Below, one piece after another: positions 31,776 to 42,000 of a stretch of DNA of 64,000 nucleotides (position 1 is its first letter; every line of letters begins with the position of its first letter). The notes under the pieces were generated by a model, which was not told the DNA's origin, did not search any database, and saw only the letters and a list, made by a program, of their open reading frames with translations. The stretch is from Trypanosoma brucei (Eukaryota), in contig CM000208.1 of assembly GCA_000002445.1 (NCBI GenBank), positions 2,048,001-2,112,000 of the forward strand, written 5' to 3'. A program made the position numbers and the translations under genes.

Positions 31776-32795
31776 GTGGGATTGATGGGTATTGACTACT
31801 ACAAGGTGCTCGGTGTGTCGAGGGACGCCTCGCCAAGCGATATTAAGAAGGCGTATCATCAACTTGCGTTGAAGTACCATCCAGACAAAGCCAGTGGGAA
31901 TCGGGAGGAGGCGGAGCGGCTGTTCAAAGAAGTGGCTGAGGCGTATGATGTGTTGAGCGACGAAAAGAAGAAAAAAATTTATGACTCTTACGGTGAAGAG
32001 GGTCTTAAGGGCGGGGTGCCCGATGGCAGTAGTGGCGGCCCTGGAGGTGCTGGATTCCATGGCTTTTCCTCTGGTGGTGGGACGTATAACTTTTCGAATA
32101 GGGACGCATTTAAAGTGTTTGAGTCTTTTTTCGGGAGCAATGATCCATTTGCTGGAGGTGACATGTTTGGTGGAGGTCCCGGACTACATCGTGTGTTTCG
32201 CGGATTTGGCGGACCGCACGGCTTTATGTCGGGTTTTGGCTCTCCGGAGATGTCGCCCGCGCACGAGGTTCCGCCGCTTGAGTACACTTTTTCGTGCACG
32301 CTGGAGGAGATTTACTCGGGCTGCACGAAGAAGTTCAACGTTTTGCGACCGCTGCCCACAGGGGAGGAGAAGAAGTTGTTTGAGGTGGCTGTACTTCCAG
32401 GATATAAGAAGGGTACAAAGGTGCGTTTCGTTGGCGAGGGTGGCATTGTTCAGGGCTATCCGCCGAATGTCATGGCAGACTTGGTGTTTGTGCTCGATGA
32501 AAAGCCGCATCCGCGGTTCAAGCGGGATGGCGCGGACGTTCTCACAACTGTCCAGATTAACTTGAAGCAAGCTTTACTGGGAACGACAATCAGTGTGCTC
32601 TGCCTTGATGGGACTACTCAATCGCTTCCGTTGACTGGGGTGAGCAAAAACGGTCGAAAGCTCCGTGTAAGTGGGAAGGGACTCCCCAATCGCAAGACGA
32701 AGCAAAATGGTGACATGTATGTTACCATTGAGGTGGTCATGCCTACGTCACTGAATGAGGCTACGAAGCGATTGGTTGAAAAATGTGAATTTTAG
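31776..32795 (+). CDS. DnaJ/Hsp40 chaperone, type II (J-domain, G/F-rich linker, C-terminal substrate-binding domains, no zinc finger)
   Basis: N-terminal J-domain [33 protein letters not shown] with the HPD motif. A Gly/Phe-rich region follows ([16 protein letters not shown]…FGGGPG). The C-terminal domain is DnaJB/Sis1-like. The start may be the Met at 31776 or at 31785. Confidence 0.85.
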   Translation: MGLMGIDYYKVLGVSRDASPSDIKKAYHQLALKYHPDKASGNREEAERLFKEVAEAYDVLSDEKKKKIYDSYGEEGLKGGVPDGSSGGPGGAGFHGFSSGGGTYNFSNRDAFKVFESFFGSNDPFAGGDMFGGGPGLHRVFRGFGGPHGFMSGFGSPEMSPAHEVPPLEYTFSCTLEEIYSGCTKKFNVLRPLPTGEEKKLFEVAVLPGYKKGTKVRFVGEGGIVQGYPPNVMADLVFVLDEKPHPRFKRDGADVLTTVQINLKQALLGTTISVLCLDGTTQSLPLTGVSKNGRKLRVSGKGLPNRKTKQNGDMYVTIEVVMPTSLNEATKRLVEKCEF

Positions 32796-33420
32796 GATTA
32801 GTACCATCTAGAGTTTCGTGTGATGAGAGAACCCACGTCAGTTTTAACTTTCCACTTATTTCTGCTCGATACATTTTGATTACCTTCGTGTATCTTGTCG
32901 AGATTCGTGTACAGCTGCTGATACGAATTCCGCTAGGTAAAGGAGGAATGTAGGGGCCTTTCCACCCCACCCCTCCCTTCATCTTATCTCACACCTTCCG
33001 ATCCGTCGTTACGTGGTGCGGTTGCTTTGTTGCTACCCCCATTGTTTTGATAAACGTTATTATTATTATTATTGTTAGCAATTATTATTATTATTTGTAC
33101 TTCCTTTGCTCTCCGCCTGTGCGCGTCGATGATTGGTTGCATTCCTTTATTGCCTGGTGCTCAAAACCGCATTGTGCATGCCGCTTGTGGGGCACCACTG
33201 GAGGGCAAAAGTGGTAACGATGTATCAAATATTGGTAGTCTTCTTTCCCCTCTTCTCTTGTACTCTTGTGCTAGTGCTTATAGGGAAACTTATCTCCACT
33301 CATTTTTTTGTGGGTTGATTGTCGCATTTCCTTTTCACTCCTCTTGGCCATCTGCTTCGTGTGCGGTTTTGAGTCCACACATGCACGTTGGCCTCGCGTA
33401 CAACGGTGTGTTTGACCCTA

Positions 33421-33469
33421 TTTTTTTTTTTTTTTTGCTTTTGAACTCTATTTTCCCTTTTTGTGTGAT
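33421..33469 (+). promoter_or_regulatory. Polypyrimidine tract upstream of the Rab23-like gene
   Basis: A T16 run followed by gcttttgaactctattttcccttttt, about 180 nt before the ATG at 33645. Confidence 0.45.
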
Positions 33470-33644
33470 GTGTGATCGGCTATTTTGCAAAGTGACTGTA
33501 GGTAGCCGGACGTGTCTTCTGTTGTGAAGGGTTTCATAGTAGCTAAACACTGCTCTCGTTGCCGCTTAGCTCATATCCCTGGTACAAACTGTTGTGTGTG
33601 TGGCTCTGCGGAAGAGGAGAGTGTGGCTTGAGGAGTTATTAGCG

Positions 33645-34325
33645 ATGTTGAAGAGAGGTGGGTTAAACGGAGTGAAAGTAATTGTGATTGGTGATGGGAA
33701 TGTTGGGAAATCGTCTTTGCTGCGGCGCTTCGTCACGGGCACATTTAGTAATCAGTACAATAGGACTGTCGGTGTGGAGTATATGGAGAAGAGCGTTTGC
33801 CTCCGTCAACGTAGCACGACAGTGAACCTCTTTCTTTGGGATACGGCTGGGCAAGAAACAGTTAGTTCTGTAAAGGATATCTATTACCTTGATGCCGCGG
33901 TGGCTATCCTGGTTTTCAGCACCGACAGTAGCGAGAGTTTTGCGAGAATAGAGATGTGGAAGAGGTGCGTTGAGCGTGTGTGTGGAAGCATACCAATGGT
34001 TCTGTGCCAGACAAAGTTTGATCTTGCACGGCAGGCCGCTGTAGTGGCTGAAGAGGTGGAGAAACTCGCTGTTAAGTTGCAGTTGCCTTTGTTTCGCGTC
34101 TCTACGAAGGATGGATTTAATGTCACCCAGTTGTTCGAGTACGTGGCAGCAATGTGCGTTAGCGAGGCACCGGGGGGCGAATGTGGACCGAGCGGCAAAT
34201 TAAAGAGTGAGGCGGATGGAAACGGCTCCACAGGTGCGGGGAACGCAGGGAAGTCATCGAAATCTGGTGGAGCGGGGAAGAAGTCGTCCAAAAAGTCAAA
34301 GAAGAAAAAGTGCAGTGTTATGTAG
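33645..34325 (+). CDS. Rab-family small GTPase, Rab23-like, with polybasic tail and C-terminal CaaX (CSVM) prenylation box
   Basis: From the Met at 33645 (MLKRGGLNGVKVIVIGDGNVGKSSLLRRF…): G1 P-loop GDGNVGKS, switch II LWDTAGQE, NKxD-type CQTKFDL. The overall pattern (…TVGVEYMEKS…IPMVLCQTKFDL) resembles Rab23. Ends KKSKKKKCSVM. Confidence 0.7.
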   Translation: MLKRGGLNGVKVIVIGDGNVGKSSLLRRFVTGTFSNQYNRTVGVEYMEKSVCLRQRSTTVNLFLWDTAGQETVSSVKDIYYLDAAVAILVFSTDSSESFARIEMWKRCVERVCGSIPMVLCQTKFDLARQAAVVAEEVEKLAVKLQLPLFRVSTKDGFNVTQLFEYVAAMCVSEAPGGECGPSGKLKSEADGNGSTGAGNAGKSSKSGGAGKKSSKKSKKKKCSVM

Positions 34326-34410
34326 CCGCTGGGTAAAGGAGCTGCCCGTTATTTTCGGCTGTGCTTTTAAATTTTATCTCACATTACTCGGCGCGTGTTT
34401 GTGGAAGTAT

Positions 34411-34428
34411 ACACACACACACACACAC
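34411..34428. repeat. (AC)9 dinucleotide microsatellite, intergenic
   Basis: acacacacacacacacac read directly. Confidence 0.9.
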
Positions 34429-34890
34429 GCATAGTGCATTGTTTTCCAGTGCTCGACACGCGTGCCCGTTGGTACGGTAGACATGAATCGAACGCCGGCC
34501 AGTGGGGGAGGGTGTAGTGGGGGAAAGGTTCCCGTGACCTTTTGTGTGGTGATCATATTCCCTCCCTCTTTTCATTGTACGTTATCTACAAATGTTTTTT
34601 TTTCCACGCGCTTCTCGTTTTACTATCCTCTGTGCGCGGAGACTCTTTTGTGGTTGCATGTGTGTCCCTGTCTGTGCATCTGTGGGTGCAACTCCGCTTT
34701 GCCTCTTGATGAAAATGTGTTCCAGTTTCACTTTCTTTTTTTTCTTCTTTCCCTCATGGGTCGTGAAACAACATCACCACCAAAACGAGATTAGTGCTGA
34801 GGAAGGTCAGCTTGACCAGTAGCAACGACGAAATAACTGGGAAGAAGACAGCATCATTATAAATATTAGCATTACTCGTATAGGCATTGC

Positions 34891-36756
34891 ATGCCACTTT
34901 TTAAACCATCGGAAATACCTGATAATTCGGCGACGGTCCCGCCCGTCACTGGTTGTCGAGACGGTTGTGTGGCGAGCGGCTTTGACAGCTACCCACGCGG
35001 GTTGATCGACCGATGTTCTGTTGGTGGTAGGACGAACATTTGGCCCATACATCCGGATGTACAGCAGGCAATACAGCTGGGCAAACATTTAAACATGAAG
35101 GCTGTCGTCCGTGGTATGAGAGGCACTGGAAAGTCCACAGTTGTCTCGAGGCTCTGCGGTTACGTGCCCGCTACTCGCTATACTCCATCAACAGGGATCA
35201 GCGCTGGGACGTTTTTTTATAGAAGCCGCACTTCAACCAATACTATGGTAGAGTGTGGGGGAGCAAAGGTTGAGTTATGGGATGTTGTCGACGATGCAAC
35301 ACCCTCTGGCACATCCGGCACGGTAGCGGATATGCACACCGTGGATGTTTACCGCGGCTGCCATGTCGCTCTATTTGTCATTGATAGGAGACGGAAAGAG
35401 TCGCTCGAGTACGTTGTGCGTGAAGCGCCCCACGTCCCACCAACCACATGTATCGTAATTGTAATTAACTTCCGCGATGCCCCCAGGGAGTCGCTTGTTG
35501 TGTCGGAGCGTGACGTTAGTGCCGTGTGCAAATCCCTTCGCCGGACGACAACTCCGATGGTTTTGGCGGTGTCTGGCGGTCGACCGCCTCTGGAATGTTA
35601 TTCGACGTCGGCAATATTTGTGAGCATCAGTGCGGTGACAGGTGATGGCATGGAATCCCTATGGGATGCTTTTGAGACGCCATTCCTCCTTGTTAAGGTG
35701 CTGTCGCTTGAAGGGGAGATAAATTCTTGTTTCCAGCACATTGAGCGTCATAGCACCCGGACATTAGACGAGTCAGCAAGGCGCCAGTTGCATGAGAAGG
35801 AGGAACTGCGGAGGTTGCGCAAGGAGAGAGAAATGGGTGAGGCACGCAGTGGACATAATCCCCGCAGAGGCGATTGCGCCCCGCCGACACCGCGAAGAGA
35901 AGTCCTTTCCCTCACGCACGCGACGACGCGCGGTTGCGGAGGCGTGGTGTGTGAGGAAGAGGATGTGGAGGAAAATGGGATAGCGAAGGGCTTCTTTGAT
36001 GACCTTGAAGGTGATGAGACATGTGAAGAATGCTTTGGGGACGTTGGCGGCCATATTGGTGTCCAGAGCAGCGAGGCTGCAGCGGACGACGAGGCGGAGA
36101 CGCTCAGCAGCAGCCATAATGCTAGTTGTGTCCGTCGTTTGCCATCCCCAGTTGTGGCAGCGGCCGCATCACTGTTACGGGGGGACAAAGCAGTAGCAGG
36201 GGATTCATTAACTTCTATTGGCGGTTATACTGATAGTTTCCATGCGAACATGCCCCGAACAAGCAATTTGGAGGGGAGCACGTTTGACGGTCGTGGTGGC
36301 GGTTTTAGTTTAGGGGAGGCGGCGACGTTGGACGATGGTTTCTTTAGTGTCGGGGGAGATGAAGAGGAAGAGGAGTTACGCCTGACAGATGAAGAGTCCC
36401 TTGCAGGAAACGGCAGCGATGCTGATGAGAGTCTACCACCAAGGACTCGGATACAGTTGAAGGAACCCGTGTCGGTGAATTCCCTACCGGGAGCTGAACA
36501 GTCGGCGGTGATGACATCCAGCATGAAGGCAAATATCGATGTTCTTTTACGAGAAATGCAGAGCGTATTGCTAACGTCAACCGGATCTAAACCCAAGTCA
36601 CGGCCAGAGCGCAGTAGCAGGCAAAGAAGCAACCGCGACCGCAAAAATAGGGAGTTAAGACGCCGGAGGGCGCATGGCGCCGCTGAGTGTGGGGAGAAAA
36701 AGGAGATACACTGTGACAAATACGATGATGGAACGTTTGAGGTTATACGAGATTGA
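34891..36756 (+). CDS. RABL6-like (Rab-like protein 6 / C9orf86-type) atypical GTPase with a long acidic C-terminal region
   Basis: The core MKAVVRGMRGTGKSTVVSRLCG…KVELWDVVDDA…VALFVIDRRRKESLEYVVREAPHVPPTTCIVIVINFRD aligns by eye with human RABL6 ([22 protein letters not shown]…KVEVWDVVDKG…VMMFDITKQW…LPKVPTHVPVCVLGNYRD), which I recall from memory. A Glu/Asp-rich disordered tail follows, as in RABL6. Confidence 0.65.
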   Translation: MPLFKPSEIPDNSATVPPVTGCRDGCVASGFDSYPRGLIDRCSVGGRTNIWPIHPDVQQAIQLGKHLNMKAVVRGMRGTGKSTVVSRLCGYVPATRYTPSTGISAGTFFYRSRTSTNTMVECGGAKVELWDVVDDATPSGTSGTVADMHTVDVYRGCHVALFVIDRRRKESLEYVVREAPHVPPTTCIVIVINFRDAPRESLVVSERDVSAVCKSLRRTTTPMVLAVSGGRPPLECYSTSAIFVSISAVTGDGMESLWDAFETPFLLVKVLSLEGEINSCFQHIERHSTRTLDESARRQLHEKEELRRLRKEREMGEARSGHNPRRGDCAPPTPRREVLSLTHATTRGCGGVVCEEEDVEENGIAKGFFDDLEGDETCEECFGDVGGHIGVQSSEAAADDEAETLSSSHNASCVRRLPSPVVAAAASLLRGDKAVAGDSLTSIGGYTDSFHANMPRTSNLEGSTFDGRGGGFSLGEAATLDDGFFSVGGDEEEEELRLTDEESLAGNGSDADESLPPRTRIQLKEPVSVNSLPGAEQSAVMTSSMKANIDVLLREMQSVLLTSTGSKPKSRPERSSRQRSNRDRKNRELRRRRAHGAAECGEKKEIHCDKYDDGTFEVIRD

Positions 36757-37389
36757 CAGACCGTATGGCATTTAACGTTGCTGAATCCGTTACTCTGGCG
36801 ACGACTTTCTCCTTCCTTCTGCTCCCCCCGTTTCCCCCTCCTCTGAATGTTTGCTTTGTAATTATCATCAGCTAATTTTTACACTAGTTTCTTGCTGTTT
36901 CCACGAGTTTATTTATTTTTTACTCTTTTGTGTTGAATTCCGCTCCGGAGGTTGCTTCTCTGCATTTTTTTTTCCAAGGGCGAAGCAAGCAGGGGGAAAA
37001 GGCACGTGGAAAACCTAATTTTTGGTGATGTATTTCTTCATATTCCTCTCTTTTTTTTTAATTCTGCAGAATCTGTCGAAATCAAGTGCTTTCCAACGCT
37101 TATCTTTTGTTGTTGTTTTTTCGCACCGGGTGATATGTTCTTTCAACGCTGGCGCCGCTGTTGCTTCCTGAGTTCCTGCTGGTCCTCGTACCGTAAAAAA
37201 CTTTTCTTTTCACGTTGTTCAATTTTTTTGCATACCTTCCAACCGCTGCGTGAATCGAAACCAAACCAAGACAACGACTGTGAATCAGCACAAATTGATT
37301 GTCAAAAGAACGGTGCTGTTATCGTCATTCTTACTTCGTCTGGCTCTGGGGCCGCAGGTGAAGACGTGCTCCCCCCCAATCCGCCACGC

Positions 37390-37962
37390 ATGGGCCTGTT
37401 GGAGTTCCTTCTCAAGATCCGACCCTTTTCGCGCCGAACGCGTCGGATCCTGATGCTCGGCCTTGACAACGCCGGTAAGACGCGTCTTTTGAGGAGGATA
37501 TGTGAAGAGGAAGTATCCGACACTTTCCCAACGCAGGGGTTTAACATTCAAAACATCACCGCAGATGAGTTGAAATTTGTTGTGTGGGACGTTGGAGGTC
37601 AGAAGTCTCTCCGATCTTACTGGCGGCACTACTTTGACCATACTGATGCGCTCGTGTTCGTTATTGATTCTGCTGATATGGAGAGGATAGAGGAAGCAAG
37701 GACGGAGCTTCACTATATTTTAGAGGAGGAAAAGTTAGTAGGTGTGCCGCTTCTGCTGTTTGCGAACAAGCAAGACATCCCAGAAGCGGCGTCGCAGGAG
37801 GAGGTTATGTCATCACTCAACCTGCGTGACACAATTAATCGCCCATGGCACATCGAGCTCTGCTCGGCTGAGACAGGGGAGGGGTTGAGCTCCGGCTTGT
37901 CGTGGGTGGTAGACACCCTGAAAAAGAGACGCCCATCGTTAAGGCCAGACGGCCAAGTATAA
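37390..37962 (+). CDS. ARL2: ADP-ribosylation factor-like GTPase ARL2
   Basis: From the Met at 37390: [37 protein letters not shown]…[11 protein letters not shown]…[42 protein letters not shown]…[14 protein letters not shown]. This is a near-colinear match to ARL2 ([17 protein letters not shown]…[31 protein letters not shown]…LIFANKQDLPGA). The ORF is open for 146 codons upstream (36952), but these lack homology; the Met at 37390 gives the canonical ~190-aa protein. Confidence 0.85.
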   Translation: [190 protein letters not shown]

Positions 37963-39044
37963 TTGGAAGCTCCACCTCTTCAGGGCTTGCTATTTTTTTA
38001 TTTTATTTTATTTTGCGTGCCTCCCTCACAACTGGCCATGGGGCGGTCTGGAGCGTGTGGATCATAGGGGAACCCCCACGAGCAATTGTCGCAACAGTAA
38101 GGCAAATCTGTGTAAAATGTTCTATTTGTTTATTCTATTTCCCCCCTATCAGCTGTTTCAAAAGGCTTCAGATTTCCTAAAGGAAACACGTTTGCCTAAT
38201 TCGCGTGTGTCGTACTTTCAACCCAGCTCTTTTCTTCCGCTGTGCGCGAGACACACGTTAGGCCCGCTCCATTTCCTACATTTTTTCCGCGTTCTCTTAC
38301 TTTGTTTCATTTAAGGCCCCAAAATGGAATATAGGATTAAAGTGCGGAACGAAATTCTGGTGAGTACGCACAACGGGCCCACGTTTGTTGGCTGTGGTTC
38401 TTTCCAGCCACTTTCTGTGCTCACATCACGTGCCGATGTGGTCTGCGGAAGCAACTCTCGCCTCAGCGCACCACAGTACAGCAATTCGGTTGGTAATTGA
38501 AGGAATTCAACTTGTGGCTGAGAAGGTGATGACAAAATGTTTTCTGCACTGTCCTCGCCGGTTTTGTTTCTGACGGGTTTGACGGCGTGTGCCGTGCTCC
38601 TCCTCCCTTTTGTGCCGATTTCGCTTGCAGGTGGTGAAGTGATTCGATGGGCGAACGCGTGGGGAGTGAATGCGGGGACACCTTGTAGATTTTTTTTTAC
38701 TTCTCTAGCTTCTTTCTACTAATGGAAGTCCGCCTAATTGGGGTTGGATACACGCCTTATGGTGTTGTTTTGATTATTATTCATAGTTGCTACTGGAGGC
38801 CGGTGGTTGCTTTAAAAAAATTTTCCTGCGGTCGGCGCAGCCAACAGTTATTCCGGTCTTAACGACTTGTTCTACACCATCACATGAGTGGAAGCTTTTC
38901 TCATGGTGTTCACGCCTCCTTTGTAGCGTTGTGAGGGAAGTTGACAAACCGGATAACCGAGTGAGGGAATACAATTGCTTACAAAGAGTATTCAATTTAT
39001 TTATGCTGTTTTTTTTTTGTATCTTTGCCTGTTGCTAATCCCAA

Positions 39045-42000
39045 GTGCCCCCTCTTTCGTCTTTGCTATGGGGCCATGCGCACCCATATATAAAGGTGGC
39101 AATCCAAATCCAGAAGTGGGCACTTCCAAGGATGCAAAGTGGTGTGGGTAACATTACAACTCCCACGTCGCCGCAACAACTTGTTGTAGAAGCTCCTGCT
39201 GAACTCCTGGAAACCTGTGGAGTGCAGTATCCTGCGGCGGCTGATGTGAATGAGGGCGAGGTTGTGGATTCCAAAGCCCTTTCTGCAGCCCCCGGGGAAC
39301 GTGACGTCTTGGGATGTGGACCCACACTGCTGTCACTTTTATACAGCACCCAAAAGAAGGACGAAGTAGGGCATCGCGCAGTAACGCCAATGTTGTGGGA
39401 GTGCAACGGAGCTCAAGAAAGATGCCACTCATCGAAACGGGACTTTACAACATGTGTGAAGGCGCGGAAGTCCCCTCCTCCGGGCTCTGCAACGGGGTCT
39501 GGAACTGGGGCCATTAGGGATGTTCTCAGACCGTATAGAGAGTCACACAGTAAACGGTTTCGTGCGAAGGTAGTGGATTGCCGCGCGGCTCTTTCAGTAG
39601 ACGACCAAATCATCACCCTCAAAAACGAGAACGCTAAATATAAGGCTCAGTTACTCACCAAAGATGTGCAGCTGAAGGAGCTTGAGGCAGCACTTCGTGC
39701 GTTTCGAGCGCCGAGGGTTCCGGTTCCCTCGGGCGTGACAGAACCTGCTGAAGTAGGGGGGTGTTATAATGGCACGGACACTGAGGTGGCGCGTCTTACC
39801 AGAGAAAATGGTGAGGTGTGGAGGCGGCTGCAGCAATCACATGCCCAGTTGGCAGTCTGGAAAAGGGATGCACGGGTTTCGAAGTTGCAGGAGTTGAAGA
39901 TGGAGTTGGCTGTTTATCAGGCCGAAGTGGCTCGCCTCGCGGCTGAGGTTCCATCTAGTGGCGGCGCTGGAGGTGCACAAAATCACCCAGCTAGGTCGAA
40001 GTTACAGAGAGAAGCGGAGACTTCACGGGCAAAGGATCTCTTTATCGCTGAGCTAAAGGAAAGAGCGTCTGAGAACGCTACAGCACTGCGAAAATGCATG
40101 GACGACGCTATGCGCACAAAAAGTACCCTTGAGCAGGTCCGGGAGGAGAATGAGTTGATATCTAAGGAGTTGTGCTTGTTCAGAAAAACGGCCTTAGCTC
40201 TGACACGGGTGCAGGAGGAACTGAGGGCCACCCAGTGTGAGCTGGCTGAGGCTCGAGAGCGGCTTCAAGCCTTCGAACAGATGATGCACACGGTGGGAGG
40301 TCCTGAGGAGGTAAAGGCTGTGGTTAAGGAACGTGATGCCCTTTTGACCCTGTTAAAGCAGCATAATGCACGCGAAGCGGCATATCACCAGGAGTTTTTC
40401 ACCCGCCAGCGCGAAATGAAGGAGTCTATGGAGCGGTGCCTTCAGGAAGCTGTTCAACAAGAACGAGCACTGGCTCAGGATAGAGAGATGCAGCTTCGAC
40501 GCTCTTGCTTGATGTGGAAAGAAAGGTGCGAGCGACTGCTTCCAGACAAGTTGTTCGAACAGGGACGTCTTATAGAGGGTGGTGGAACCGTTGTAGAAGA
40601 TGAGGAACAGCAGACCGAGTTACACCAACTACCCAAGAAAATAGTAACCCCTTTCATGGATAATTCACAGAGGCAGCGGTTGCTTACAAAGCATATTGAC
40701 GATGTTCTAATCGTCCGGCAAGTCTCGTCGACGAGCACGCCGGCCAGTTCGTCAACCACTCTCTCCCCCGTGTCGGGTCTCTCGAAATTGTCCATAACCG
40801 ACACTACCCAGAGCCAAAGTAGCTCTCATGGCATGCAAATCAGCCACCCAGGGAACGAAGACGCATCTTCGCCTGTGAAGGGAAATGTAATGTCTTCACA
40901 GAAAGGGAGCTCTGGCGACGCTCCCGTTCCACCCACAGAGAGAACCGATCCCGACGGTGGCGCCGTTAGCTATCCAGCAAGCTCCGCCGTAATATCTGCA
41001 GAGCGGACTTCACTGGTTGAGAACAGCAAGGGCGATATCGTCACGTCGATTTCAACAGAGGAGGGTGCGGTTCAACTGCCTAGAGGACTGATGACCGCTG
41101 GTGTTGATTCTAGTGATGATTCAGGCAGCGAGTTGAGCGACCTTGCTGTGGGAATAGAGGAGGGCAAAACCCCATCATTTCGACTGCATGGCAATAGCGA
41201 TGGGCAATTAATCCCTGAAGTTGTCTCCAGGATGCCCTTAACTCTGCGCACGGTGAGCAGCGATGGCGTAGCTGCAGTTCTTACAGTTGCTTCACCACCT
41301 CCAAGAGTTTCTGTGCCACCGGCACCTGTCCCACGAGAATCTGCAGGATCTATTGCTTCATCTGAGAATAAACTCTCTGATGTGAATGTTGCCGTGCCAC
41401 CTCCAAGAGTTTCTGTGCCACCGGCACCTGTCCCACGAGAATCTGCAGGATCTATTGCTTCATCTGAGAATGAGCTCTCTGATGTGAATGTTGCCGTGCC
41501 ACCTCCGAGAGTTTCTGTGCCACCGGCACCTGTCCCACGAGAATCTGCAGGATCTATTGCTTCATCTGAGAATGAGCTCTCTGATGTGAATGTTGCCGTG
41601 CCACCTCCAAGAGTTTCTGTGCCACCGGCACCTGTCCCACGAGAATCTGCAGGATCTATTGCTTCATCTGAGAATGAGCTCTCTGATGTGAATGTTGCCG
41701 TGCCACCTCCGAGAGTTTCTGTGCCACCGGCACCTGTCCCACGAGAATCTGCAGGATCTATTGCTTCATCTGAGAATAAACTCTCTGATGTGAATGTTGC
41801 CGTGCCACCTCCAAGAGTTTCTGTGCCACCGGCACCTGTCCCACGAGAATCTGCAGGATCTATTGCTTCATCTGAGAATGAGCTCTCTGATGTGAATGTT
41901 GCCGTGCCACCTCCAAGAGTTTCTGTGCCACCGGCACCTGTCCCACGAGAATCTGCAGGATCTATTGCTTCATCTGAGAATAAACTCTCTGATGTGAATG

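Noticed and set aside
31981-32565. 194-aa + strand ORF overlapping the DnaJ gene in another frame, plus several 60–140-aa ORFs overlapping the HECT and TOR genes (e.g. 4447..4863, 6891..7379, 17610..18083)
   Set aside because: Out-of-frame or antisense overlaps with strongly supported long CDSs. No motifs. Expected by chance in GC-balanced coding DNA.
35748-36719. Minus-strand ORFs of 114–164 aa opposite the RABL6-like acidic tail
   Set aside because: GA-rich coding on the + strand gives stop-poor antisense frames, and there is no homology.
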